This document shows, one piece after another, positions 8,918 to 17,787 of a stretch of 22,854 nucleotides of DNA. The notes below the pieces were generated by a model. It was not told the DNA's origin and made no database searches. It saw nothing but the letters and a program-made list of their open reading frames with translations. Position numbers and translations under genes: made by a program. The stretch's first letter is position 1; every line of letters begins with the position of its first letter. The DNA is from a virus (taxonomy: Duplodnaviria; Heunggongvirae; Uroviricota; Caudoviricetes). The DNA lies in IMG/VR virus record IMGVR_UViG_644736359_000002; one strand, given 5' to 3'.

Positions 8918-9301
8918 ATGCGTGATATTCAGATGGTTCTTGAGCGTTGGGGAGCGTGGGCGGCTAATAATCATGAAGATGTGACCTGGTCGTCCATTGC
9001 CGCCGGTTTTAAGGGATTAATTCCTTCAAAAGTAAAATCTCGCCCACAATGTTGTGACGATGACGCGATGATCATTTGCGGGTGCATGGCCCGTCTGAAA
9101 AAGAACAACAGCGATTTGCATGATTTATTAGTAGATTATTATGTAGTCGGTATGACATTCATGTCACTGGCAGGTAAGCATTGCTGCTCTGATGGTTATA
9201 TCGGGAAAAGGTTACAGAAGGCTGAGGGCATAATTGAAGGGATGTTAATGGCATTAGATATCCGGTTAGAGATGGATATCGTTGTTAATAACTCTAATTA
9301 A
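8918..9301 (+). CDS. quuD: Late-gene antiterminator Q (phage 21/82-type), 127 aa
   Basis: [22 protein letters not shown]...[16 protein letters not shown] recalled as DLP12 QuuD; GGAG RBS before the ATG at 8918. Confidence 0.88.
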   Translation: MRDIQMVLERWGAWAANNHEDVTWSSIAAGFKGLIPSKVKSRPQCCDDDAMIICGCMARLKKNNSDLHDLLVDYYVVGMTFMSLAGKHCCSDGYIGKRLQKAEGIIEGMLMALDIRLEMDIVVNNSN

Positions 9302-9316
9302 TATGCCAATTGTTTA

Positions 9317-9352
9317 CTAAAAATTATTAAAAATGGGGCGTTGAGACGCCCC
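9317..9352 (-). terminator. Candidate - strand terminator for the porin gene
   Basis: GC stem GGGGCGT/ACGCCCC (9335-9352) followed on the - strand by a U-rich tract (+ strand 9317-9334 is A-rich). Confidence 0.4.
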
Positions 9353-9440
9353 CAAAAATAAAGGGTAATATATAACAGAAGGTTTATATAGTTAGAAGCA
9401 AGGTTGTGCTTCTAAAGGAAGTGGCTTGAGGGAGCCACTT

Positions 9441-9481
9441 ATATGTTGGGGAGGCAAAGCCTCCCGCAACATATCTTTTTC
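9441..9481 (+). terminator. Strong intrinsic terminator in the Q-downstream leader (tR'-like)
   Basis: About 15-bp stem ATATGTTGGGGAGGC / GCCTCCCGCAACATAT with AAA loop, followed by CTTTTT. Confidence 0.65.
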
Positions 9482-9994
9482 GTAATCAGATTAGAACTGA
9501 TACACCAGACCTACAGCGACGATGTCGTCGGTATCAATACCAGCTGTTTTGGTAAACTTACTATCGTCAATTAAGTTGATTTTGTAATCAACAAAAGTGG
9601 ACATGTTTTTATTAAAGTAGTAAGTAGCACCGACATCGACATACTTGACTAAGTCTCGGTCACCATGAACACCAAGGTCTTTACCTTTTGACTGAAGGTA
9701 AGCAACAGATGGTCGCAGACCGAAGTCAAACTGATATTGTGCTACTGCTTCAAAGTTTTGTGCTTTGTTTGCAATATGGTTATTACCAAAAACGGTCATA
9801 TTCTGAGTTTCAGAATATGTGGTAGCCAGATAGATATTGTTCGCATCATATTTCAGGCCTGCAGCCCATACTTCCGCATTTTTGCCGGAGGCATTGAATT
9901 TGCTCTTACCATAGGCGACCTGACCGTCAGTGCGATCTGATTTAGCATAGGTTGCACCCACGCCGAATCCTTCATACTCATAAGTAGTGGAGAA

Positions 9995-10003
9995 ACCGAA
10001 ACC
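9995..10003. repeat. 9-bp target-site duplication ACCGAAACC (left copy)
   Basis: Identical 9-mer immediately flanks both IS1 ends. Confidence 0.9.
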
Positions 10004-10018
10004 GGTAATGACTCCAAC

Positions 10019-10522
10019 TTATTGATAGTGTTTTATGTTCAGATAATGCCCGATGACTTTGTCATGCAGCTCCACCGATTTTGAGAACGACAGCGACTTC
10101 CGTCCCAGCCGTGCCAGGTGCTGCCTCAGATTCAGGTTATGCCGCTCAATTCGCTGCGTATATCGCTTGCTGATTACGTGCAGCTTTCCCTTCAGGCGGG
10201 ATTCATACAGCGGCCAGCCATCCGTCATCCATATCACCACGTCAAAGGGTGACAGCAGGCTCATAAGACGCCCCAGCGTCGCCATAGTGCGTTCACCGAA
10301 TACGTGCGCAACAACCGTCTTCCGGAGCCTGTCATACGCGTAAAACAGCCAGCGCTGGCGCGATTTAGCCCCGACATAGCCCCACTGTTCGTCCATTTCC
10401 GCGCAGACGATGACGTCACTGCCCGGCTGTATGCGCGAGGTTACCGACTGCGGCCTGAGTTTTTTAAGTGACGTAAAATCGTGTTGAGGCCAACGCCCAT
10501 AATGCGGGCAGTTGCCCGGCAT
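10019..10522 (-). CDS. insB: IS1 InsB reading frame (transposase made as InsAB' by frameshifting)
   Basis: 167-aa ORF overlapping the insA 3' end, matching recalled IS1 InsB. Confidence 0.88.
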
Positions 10523-10716
10523 CCAACGCCATTCATGGCCATATCAATGATTTTCTGGTGCGTACCGGGTTGAGAAGCGGTGTAAGTGAACTGCAGTTGC
10601 CATGTTTTACGGCAGTGAGAGCAGAGATAGCGCTGATGTCCGGCGGTGCTTTTGCCGTTACGCACCACCCCGTCAGTAGCTGAACAGGAGGGACAGCTGA
10701 TAGAAACAGAAGCCAC
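10441..10716 (-). CDS. insA: IS1 InsA (91 aa)
   Basis: [43 protein letters not shown] recalled as IS1 InsA. Confidence 0.9.
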
Positions 10717-10771
10717 TGGAGCACCTCAAAAACACCATCATACACTAAATCAGTAAGTTGGCAGCATCACC

Positions 10772-10780
10772 ACCGAAACC
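10772..10780. repeat. 9-bp target-site duplication ACCGAAACC (right copy)
   Basis: Identical 9-mer immediately flanks both IS1 ends. Confidence 0.9.
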
Positions 10781-11938
10781 ATCACCATTGGCTTCAGTTA
10801 CGTCAGTGCGGTCATTTTTACCCTGATACTGAGCAGCAAAGTTCAGGCCATCGACCAGACCAAAGAAGTCGTTGTTACGATAGGTTGCAACACCAGTGGT
10901 GCGACCAGTCATGAACACATCTGTTTGGGTCCAGGTATCGCCACCGAATTCTGGCAGAACGTCAGTCCACGCACCGATGTCGTATGCTACACCGTAGTTA
11001 CGGCCGTAATCGATTGAGCCGTAGTCACCGAATTTCAGGCCTGCAAATGCAAGACGGGTTTTGTCTTTGGAGGAACCTTGAGATTCAGCGCGGTTGCCTT
11101 TGAATTCATATTCCCACTGACCGAAACCAGTCAGTTGATCGTTGATTTGGGTTTCACCTTTGAAGCCAAGACGGGCATAAGTAGTATCACCATCATCTGC
11201 ATCGTTAGAGGAAAAGTAGTGCTTGGCATTAACTTTCCCGTACAGATCCAGCTTGTTACTGTCTTTATTATAAATTTCAGCTGCCTGAGCAGACATCGCC
11301 ATCAGTACTGATGCAGCTACAGCAGAAATTGCCACTGTTAATTTTTTCATCGTGAGCCCTTTTTTTTGAACTATTATTAAAAAATGATGTCACTGCGCGA
11401 TAAATATTCATCTAATCAATGTGATTATTTCAAGATGTAAGTTTTAGTTTCTCATTTAATTTGTGAAGTAGATCTCTATTTTTATCTGAACTTTTTCTAT
11501 CGAAACCTATTTATGGCTCTTATTTGAACAAAAATAAACCTATTAGCTAATTTATATTAATGGCTGTTATTTATGGGGGTTCTATAATTCAGTGGTTTAA
11601 TTTAAATCAACTAAAAATAACGCCGGAAATTATTTATTGGTTATTTGTTGAGGTTTTCTTATATATTTGTGGTGGTGTTTTGAACACTCGGTAGCATTCT
11701 CATAAATATCATTCAGTGGTTTACGTACGTAAAAAATTGGTTATGCTGTTAAGAGTGGTTACTTCGTCACACAGCTTAAACCCGCCGTCGAGCTGGTTTT
11801 TCCATTTTTTGAGTCTCGATATTAGCTGATAACTCAATACCTGAGTTATTCACTGACTCCGAGTCTGTTACGTTTCTGCTTTTTTGCGATACGTTGTATT
11901 CCCTCAATTTACACCCGCTTTGTCTGCGAGGTGGGGTT

Positions 11939-12154
11939 ATGAAATCCATGGATAAGTTAACAACGGGTGTCGCCTATGGCACCTCAGCAGGTAGTGCCGG
12001 TTACTGGTTTTTACAGCTGCTCGATAAAGTCACGCCCTCACAGTGGGCAGCAATAGGTGTGCTGGGTAGCCTGGTATTTGGCCTGCTGACGTACCTGACA
12101 AACCTTTATTTCAAGATTAAAGAAGATAAGCGCAAGGCTGCGAGAGGTGAATAA
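11939..12154 (+). CDS. essD: Class II holin (phage 21 S-type pinholin) with dual-start motif, 71 aa
   Basis: [26 protein letters not shown]... with Met1/Met4 dual start; GAGGTGG RBS; recalled as EssD/S21. Confidence 0.88.
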
Positions 12155-12651
12155 TGCCTCCATCATTACGAAAAGCCGTTGCTGCTGCTATTGGTGGCGG
12201 AGCAATTGCTATAGCATCAGTGTTAATCACTGGCCCAAGTGGTAACGATGGTCTGGAAGGTGTCAGCTACATACCATACAAAGATATTGTTGGTGTATGG
12301 ACTGTATGTCACGGGCATACAGGAAAAGACATCATGCTCGGTAAAACGTATACCAAAGCAGAATGCAAAGCCCTCCTGAATAAAGACCTTGCCACGGTCG
12401 CCAGACAAATTAACCCGTACATAAAAGTTGATATACCGGAAACAACGCGCGGCGCTCTTTACTCGTTCGTTTACAACGTGGGCGCTGGCAATTTCAGAAC
12501 ATCGACGCTTCTTCGCAAAATAAACCAGGGCGATATCAAAGGCGCATGTGATCAGCTACGTCGCTGGACATATGCTGGCGGTAAGCAATGGAAAGGTCTC
12601 ATGACTCGTCGTGAGATTGAGCGTGAAATCTGTTTGTGGGGTCAGCAATGA
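12154..12651 (+). CDS. rrrD: SAR (signal-arrest-release) endolysin, phage 21 R-type lysozyme, 165 aa
   Basis: Gly/Ala-rich N-terminal SAR segment [20 protein letters not shown] followed by a lysozyme domain; start overlaps essD stop (TAATG). Confidence 0.88.
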   Translation: MPPSLRKAVAAAIGGGAIAIASVLITGPSGNDGLEGVSYIPYKDIVGVWTVCHGHTGKDIMLGKTYTKAECKALLNKDLATVARQINPYIKVDIPETTRGALYSFVYNVGAGNFRTSTLLRKINQGDIKGACDQLRRWTYAGGKQWKGLMTRREIEREICLWGQQ

Positions 12652-13109
12652 ACAGAGTAACCGCGATTATCTCCGCTCTGGTTATCTGCATCATCGTCTG
12701 CCTGTCATGGGCTGTTAATCATTACCGTGATAACGCCATTACCTACAAAGCCCAGCGCGACAAAAATGCCAGAGAACTGAAGCTGGCGAACGCGGCAATT
12801 ACTGACATGCAGATGCGCCAGCGTGATGTTGCTGCACTGGATGAAAAATACACGAAGGAGTTAGCTAATGCGAAAGCTGAAAATGATGCTCTGCGTGATG
12901 ATGTTGCCGCTGGTCGTCGTCGGTTGCACATCAAAGCAGTCTGTCAGTCAGTGCGTGAAGCCACCACCGCCTCCGGCGTGGATAATGCAGCCTCCCCCCG
13001 ACTGGCAGACACCGCTGAACGGGATTATTTCACCCTCAGAGAGAGGCTGATCACTATGCAAAAACAACTGGAAGGAACCCAGAAGTATATTAATGAGCAG
13101 TGCAGATAG
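12648..13109 (+). CDS. rzpD: Rz-like i-spanin (153 aa)
   Basis: N-terminal TM segment then coiled-coil-like region; ATG overlaps rrrD stop (ATGA). Confidence 0.82.
   Translation: MNRVTAIISALVICIIVCLSWAVNHYRDNAITYKAQRDKNARELKLANAAITDMQMRQRDVAALDEKYTKELANAKAENDALRDDVAAGRRRLHIKAVCQSVREATTASGVDNAASPRLADTAERDYFTLRERLITMQKQLEGTQKYINEQCR
12868..13050 (+). CDS. rzoD: Rz1-like o-spanin lipoprotein embedded in the +1 frame of rzpD (60 aa)
   Basis: Lipobox LVVVGC and proline-rich mature region [15 protein letters not shown]; entirely within rzpD. Confidence 0.78.
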   Translation: MRKLKMMLCVMMLPLVVVGCTSKQSVSQCVKPPPPPAWIMQPPPDWQTPLNGIISPSERG

Positions 13110-13140
13110 AGCTGCCCATATCGATGGGCAACTCATGCAA

Positions 13141-13434
13141 TTATTGTGAGCAATACACACGCGCTTCCAGCGGAGTATAAATGCCTAAAGTAATAAAACC
13201 GAGCAATCCATTTACGAATGTTTGCTGGGTTTCTGTTTTAACAACATTTTCTGCGCCGCCACAAATTTTGGCTGCATCAACAGTTTTCTCCTGTCCAATT
13301 CCCGAAACGAAGAAGTGATGGGTGATGGTTTCCTTTGGTGTTACTGCTGTCGGTTTGTTTCCAACAGTAAACGTCTGTTGAGCACATCCTGTAATAAGCA
13401 TTGCCAGAGCGGCAGAAAACAACATTTTTTTCAT
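13141..13434 (-). CDS. borD: Bor-family outer-membrane lipoprotein (97 aa from MKKML)
   Basis: MKKMLFSAALAMLITGCAQQ lipoprotein signal; recalled as Bor homologue; internal ATG at 13432-13434 chosen over the upstream-extended track ORF. Confidence 0.85.
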   Translation of the reverse strand: MKKMLFSAALAMLITGCAQQTFTVGNKPTAVTPKETITHHFFVSGIGQEKTVDAAKICGGAENVVKTETQQTFVNGLLGFITLGIYTPLEARVYCSQ

Positions 13435-13794
13435 CTTATTATCCTGCATTGTTAAAAACGGCAGAATCCTATGTGACAACAATTAAACGATAGTTAAATG
13501 GATTGATGAAAATTAAAACTATATAGGTGGATGCTCAGCCTATTGGAGGAGGGGGGGCACTCAGAATCCTGTGGAATGAAATAAACCGCTCTTTCTGTCC
13601 ATTACCCTTTTAGCTGCGCTGTATCGTCGCCGTATTCCCGCATTAACCATGACCGTAGCCCGACGGGGAATTCCTTCTGCGTGAGTGTGCGGGAATAATC
13701 AAAAACGATGCACACCGGGTTTTACTGTGCTGACAGACGCAGGGTTACCCTCATAGTCGCTTTTCCGGTGCGATGGTGGAAGAAACCGGGATGT

Positions 13795-13989
13795 TTATTC
13801 ATCATCACTCTGGATTGATGTATATGCTCTCTTTTCTGACGTTAGTCTCCGACGGCAGGCTTCAATGACCCAGGCTGAGAAATTCCCAGACCCTTTTTGC
13901 TCAAGAGCGATGTTAATTTGTTCAATCATTTGGTTAGGAAAGCGGATGTTGCGGGTTGTTGTTCTGCGGGTTCTGTTCTTAGTTGACAT
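13795..13989 (-). CDS. Small conserved lambda-right-end protein (64 aa), possibly ribbon-helix-helix-like
   Basis: ATG at 13987-13989; surrounding DNA closely resembles the lambda right end as recalled; function unknown. Confidence 0.5.
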   Translation of the reverse strand: MSTKNRTRRTTTRNIRFPNQMIEQINIALEQKGSGNFSAWVIEACRRRLTSEKRAYTSIQSDDE

Positions 13990-14188
13990 GAGGTTGCCCC
14001 GTATTCAGTGTCGCTGATTTGTATTGTCTGAAGTTGTTTTTACGTTAAGTTGATGCAGATCAATTAATACGATACCTGCGTCATAATTGATTATTTGACG
14101 TGGTTTGATGGCGTAGATGCACGTTGTGACATGTAGATGATAATTATTATCATTTTGCGGGTCCTTTCCGGCGATCCGACAGGTTACG

Positions 14189-14200
14189 GGGCGGCGACCT
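14189..14200. other. cosN cohesive-end sequence GGGCGGCGACCT (lambda-type cos); cosB-like region continues to the Nu1 start
   Basis: Exact 12-nt lambda cohesive-end sequence, preceded by ACAGGTTACG and followed by CGCGGGTTTTCGCTATTTATGAAAATTTTCCGGTTTAAGG, as at the lambda genome ends (recalled). Confidence 0.85.
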
Positions 14201-14377
14201 CGCGGGTTTTCGCTATTTATGAAAATTTTCCGGTTTAAGGCATTTCCGTTCTTCTTCGTCGTAACTTAATGTTTTTATTTAAAATACCCCCTGAAAAGAA
14301 AGGAAACGACAGGTGCTGAAAACGAGCTTTTGGGCCTCTGTCGTTTCCTTTCTCTGTTTTTGGCCGTGGAATGAACA

Positions 14378-14953
14378 ATGGAAGTCAACAAAAAGCAGCT
14401 GGCTGACATTTTCGGTGCGAGTATCCGTACCATTCAGAACTGGCAGGAACAGGGAATGCCCGTTCTGCGAGGCGGTGGCAAGGGTAATGAGGTGCTTTAT
14501 GACTCTGCCGCCGTTATAAGATGGTATGCCGAAAGGGATGCTGAAATTGAGAACGAAAAGCTGCGCCGGGAAGTTGAAGAACTGCGGCAGGCCAGCGAGA
14601 CAGATCTCCAGCCAGGGACTATTGAGTACGAACGCCATCGACTTACGCGTGCGCAGGCCGACGCACAGGAGCTGAAAAATGCCAGAGACTCCGCTGAAGT
14701 GGTGGAAACCGCATTCTGTACTTTCGTGCTGTCGCGGATCGCAGGTGAAATTGCCAGTATTCTCGACGGGATCCCCCTGTCGGTGCAGCGGCGTTTTCCG
14801 GAACTGGAAAACCGACATGTTGATTTCCTGAAACGGGATATCATCAAAGCCATGAACAAAGCAGCCGCGCTGGATGAACTGATACCCGAACACGGCACTG
14901 GTCGGCGTGCAGGTGGACTCGGAGCAGTTCGGCAGCCAGCAGGTGAGCCGTAA
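14378..14953 (+). CDS. nohD: Terminase small subunit Nu1 homologue with altered C-terminus (reads out of frame into J sequence after the deletion junction)
   Basis: [43 protein letters not shown]... recalled as near-identical to lambda Nu1 up to ...AAALDELIP; the final ~20 residues ([21 protein letters not shown]) are not Nu1-like. Confidence 0.8.
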   Translation: MEVNKKQLADIFGASIRTIQNWQEQGMPVLRGGGKGNEVLYDSAAVIRWYAERDAEIENEKLRREVEELRQASETDLQPGTIEYERHRLTRAQADAQELKNARDSAEVVETAFCTFVLSRIAGEIASILDGIPLSVQRRFPELENRHVDFLKRDIIKAMNKAAALDELIPEHGTGRRAGGLGAVRQPAGEP

Positions 14954-17729
14954 TTATCATCTTCGCGGGCGCATTCTGCAGGTGCCGTCGAACTATAACC
15001 CGCAGACGCGGCAATACAGCGGTATCTGGGACGGAACGTTTAAGCCGGCATACAGCAACAACCCGGCCTGGTGTCTGTGGGATATGCTGACCCACCCGCG
15101 CTACGGCATGGGGAAACGTCTTGGTGCGGCGGATGTGGATAAATGGGCGCTGTATGTCATCGGCCAGTACTGCGACCAGTCAGTGCCGGACGGTTTTGGC
15201 GGCACGGAGCCGCGCATCACCTGTAATGCCTACCTGACCACGCAGCGTAAGGCGTGGGATGTGCTCAGTGATTTCTGCTCGGCGATGCGCTGTATGCCGG
15301 TATGGAACGGGCAGACGCTGACGTTCGTGCAGGACCGACCATCAGATAAGGTGTGGACCTATAACCGCAGTAATGTGGTGATGCCGGATGATGGCGCGCC
15401 GTTCCGCTACAGCTTCAGCGCCCTGAAGGACCGCCATAATGCCGTTGAGGTGAACTGGATTGACCCGAATAACGGCTGGGAGACGGCGACAGAGCTTGTT
15501 GAAGATACGCAGGCCATTCTCCGTTACGGTCGTAACGTCACGAAGATGGATGCCTTTGGCTGTACCAGCCGGGGGCAGGCACACCGCGCCGGGCTGTGGC
15601 TGATTAAAACGGAGCTGCTGGAAACGCAGACCGTGGACTTCAGCGTGGGTGCCGAAGGGCTTCGCCATGTACCGGGCGATGTCATTGAAATCTGCGATGA
15701 TGACTATGCCGGTATCCGCACCGGCGGGCGCGTGCTGGCGGTAAACAGCCAGACCCGGACGCTGACGCTCGACCGTGAAATCACGCTGCCATCTTCCGGC
15801 ACCACGCTGATAAGCCTGGTTGACGGGCAGGGGAGTCCGGTCAGCGTGGAGGTTCAGTCCGTCACCGACGGCGTGAAGGTGAAAGTGAGCCGTGTTCCTG
15901 ACGGCGTTGCTGAATACAGCGTATGGGGGCTGAAGCTGCCGACGTTGCGCCAGCGCCTGTTCCGCTGCGTGAGTATCCGTGAGAACGACGACGGCACGTA
16001 TGCCATCACCGCCGTGCAGCATGTACCGGAAAAAGAGGCCATCGTGGATAACGGGGCGCACTTTGACGGCGACCAGAGCGGCACGGTAAATGGTGTCACG
16101 CCGCCAGCGGTGCAGCACCTGACCGCAGAAGTCACCGCAGACAGCGGGGAATACCAGGTGCTGGCCCGCTGGGATACGCCGAAGGTGGTGAAGGGCGTGA
16201 GCTTCCTGCTTCGCCTGACCGTGGCAGCGGATGACGGCCGTGAGCGACTGGTCAGCACGGCCCGGACGACGGAAACCACTTACCGCTTCACACAACTGGC
16301 TCTGGGGAACTACAGGCTGACAGTCCGGGCAGTAAATGCGTGGGGGCAGCAGGGCGAGCCGGCGTCGGTATCGTTCCGGATTGCCGCACCGGCAGCGCCG
16401 TCGCAGATTGAGCTGACACCGGGGTATTTTCAGATAACCGCCACGCCGCATCTTGCGGTTTATGATCCGACGGTACAGTTTGAGTTCTGGTTCTCGGAAA
16501 AGCGGATTGCGGATATCAGGCAGGTTGAAACCACAGCACGCTATCTTGGCACGGCGCTGTACTGGATAGCCGCCAGTATCAATATCAAACCGGGCCATGA
16601 TTATTATTTTTACATCCGCAGTGTGAACACCGTTGGCAAATCGGCATTCGTGGAGGCTGTTGGCCAGCCGAGTGATGATGCATCCGGCTATCTGAATTTT
16701 TTCAAAGGAGAGATAGGGAAAACCCATCTGGCTCAGGAGTTGTGGACGCAGATTGATAACGGTCAGCTTGCGCCTGACCTGGCGGAAATCAGAACGTCCA
16801 TCACGGATGTCAGTAATGAAATCACGCAGACCGTCAATAAGAAACTGGAAGACCAGAGTGCGGCAATCCAGCAGATACAGAAGGTTCAGGTTGATACAAA
16901 TAATAACCTGAACAGCATGTGGGCTGTGAAGCTGCAGCAGATGCAGGACGGACGCCTTTATATCGCGGGTATTGGTGCCGGTATTGAGAATACCCCTGAC
17001 GGTATGCAGAGTCAGGTGCTGCTGGCGGCGGACAGGATTGCGATGATTAATCCTGCGAATGGCAACACAAAGCCGATGTTTGTTGGTCAGGGCGATCAGA
17101 TATTCATGAACGAAGTGTTCCTGAAATATCTGACGGCTCCCACCATTACCAGCGGCGGTAATCCTCCGGCATTTTCCCTGACACCGGACGGGCGGCTGAC
17201 GGCGAAAAATGCCGATATTAGCGGTAACGTGAATGCGAACTCCGGGACGCTCAACAACGTCACGATTAACGAGAACTGCCGGGTTCTGGGAAAACTGTCC
17301 GCGAACCAGATTGAAGGCGATCTCGTTAAAACAGTGGGCAAAGCTTTCCCCCGGGACTCCCGTGCACCGGAGCGGTGGCCATCAGGGACCATTACCGTCA
17401 GGGTTTATGACGATCAGCCGTTTGACCGGCAAATTGTTATTCCGGCGGTGGCATTCAGTGGCGCTAAACATGAGCAAGATCATACTGATATCTACTCCTC
17501 ATGCCGTCTGATAGTACGAAAAAACGGTGCTGAAATTTATAACCGAACGGCTCTGGATAATACGCTGATATATACGGGTGTTATTGATATGCCTGCAGGC
17601 AGTGGTGTAATGACACTGGAATTTTCTGTATCGGCATGGCTGGTAAATGGCTGGTATCCCACAGCAAGTATCAGCGATTTGCTGGTTGTGGTGATGAAGA
17701 AAGCCACTGCAGGCATCATGATTAGCTGA
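14883..17729 (+). pseudogene. N-terminally truncated tail tip/host-specificity protein J (lambda J from about residue 190 to the C-terminus), no native start or RBS
   Basis: Frame opens right after a stop at 14880-14882 and reads [41 protein letters not shown]..., recalled as internal lambda J sequence; the last ~150 residues differ from lambda J. Confidence 0.85.
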
Positions 17730-17747
17730 ATTTTATAACCCAGATAC

Positions 17748-17774
17748 GGGCGCCAGAAATGGCGCCTTTTTTAT
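17748..17774 (+). terminator. Candidate intrinsic terminator between J and the side-tail-fibre gene
   Basis: GGGCGCC (17748-17754), loop AGAAAT, GGCGCC (17761-17766), then TTTTTT. Confidence 0.55.
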
Positions 17775-17787
17775 TTGTGGAGTGAAT

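Larger units (their letters stand above)
10004..10771 (-). mobile_element. Complete IS1 element (768 bp) with terminal inverted repeats
   Basis: Ends GGTAATGACTCCAACTTATTGAT (10004-) and ...ATCAGTAAGTTGGCAGCATCACC (-10771) match recalled IS1 termini; contains insA and insB. Confidence 0.92.
9491..11350 (-). pseudogene. nmpC: OmpC-family porin gene (NmpC / phage Lc-like) split by IS1
   Basis: N-terminal part (signal peptide [23 protein letters not shown], 10772-11350) and C-terminal part ending GLVYQF (9491-10003) are collinear porin sequence separated by a 768-bp IS1; the N-terminal ORF reads into IS1 and stops after 8 foreign residues. Confidence 0.9.

Noticed and set aside
9335-9480. Possible tRNA or small RNA gene in the hairpin cluster after Q
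   Set aside because: No cloverleaf arrangement and no T-loop consensus (GTTCRANNC); better explained as leader and terminator hairpins.
14279-15095. - strand ORFs of 204, 133 and 83 aa overlapping Nu1 and the J junction
   Set aside because: Antisense to the Nu1 sequence that matches lambda on the + strand.
15342-16727. 461-aa - strand ORF (plus a nested 141-aa ORF) inside the J region
   Set aside because: Antisense to sequence that matches lambda J on the + strand; long antisense frames are expected in GC-rich coding DNA.
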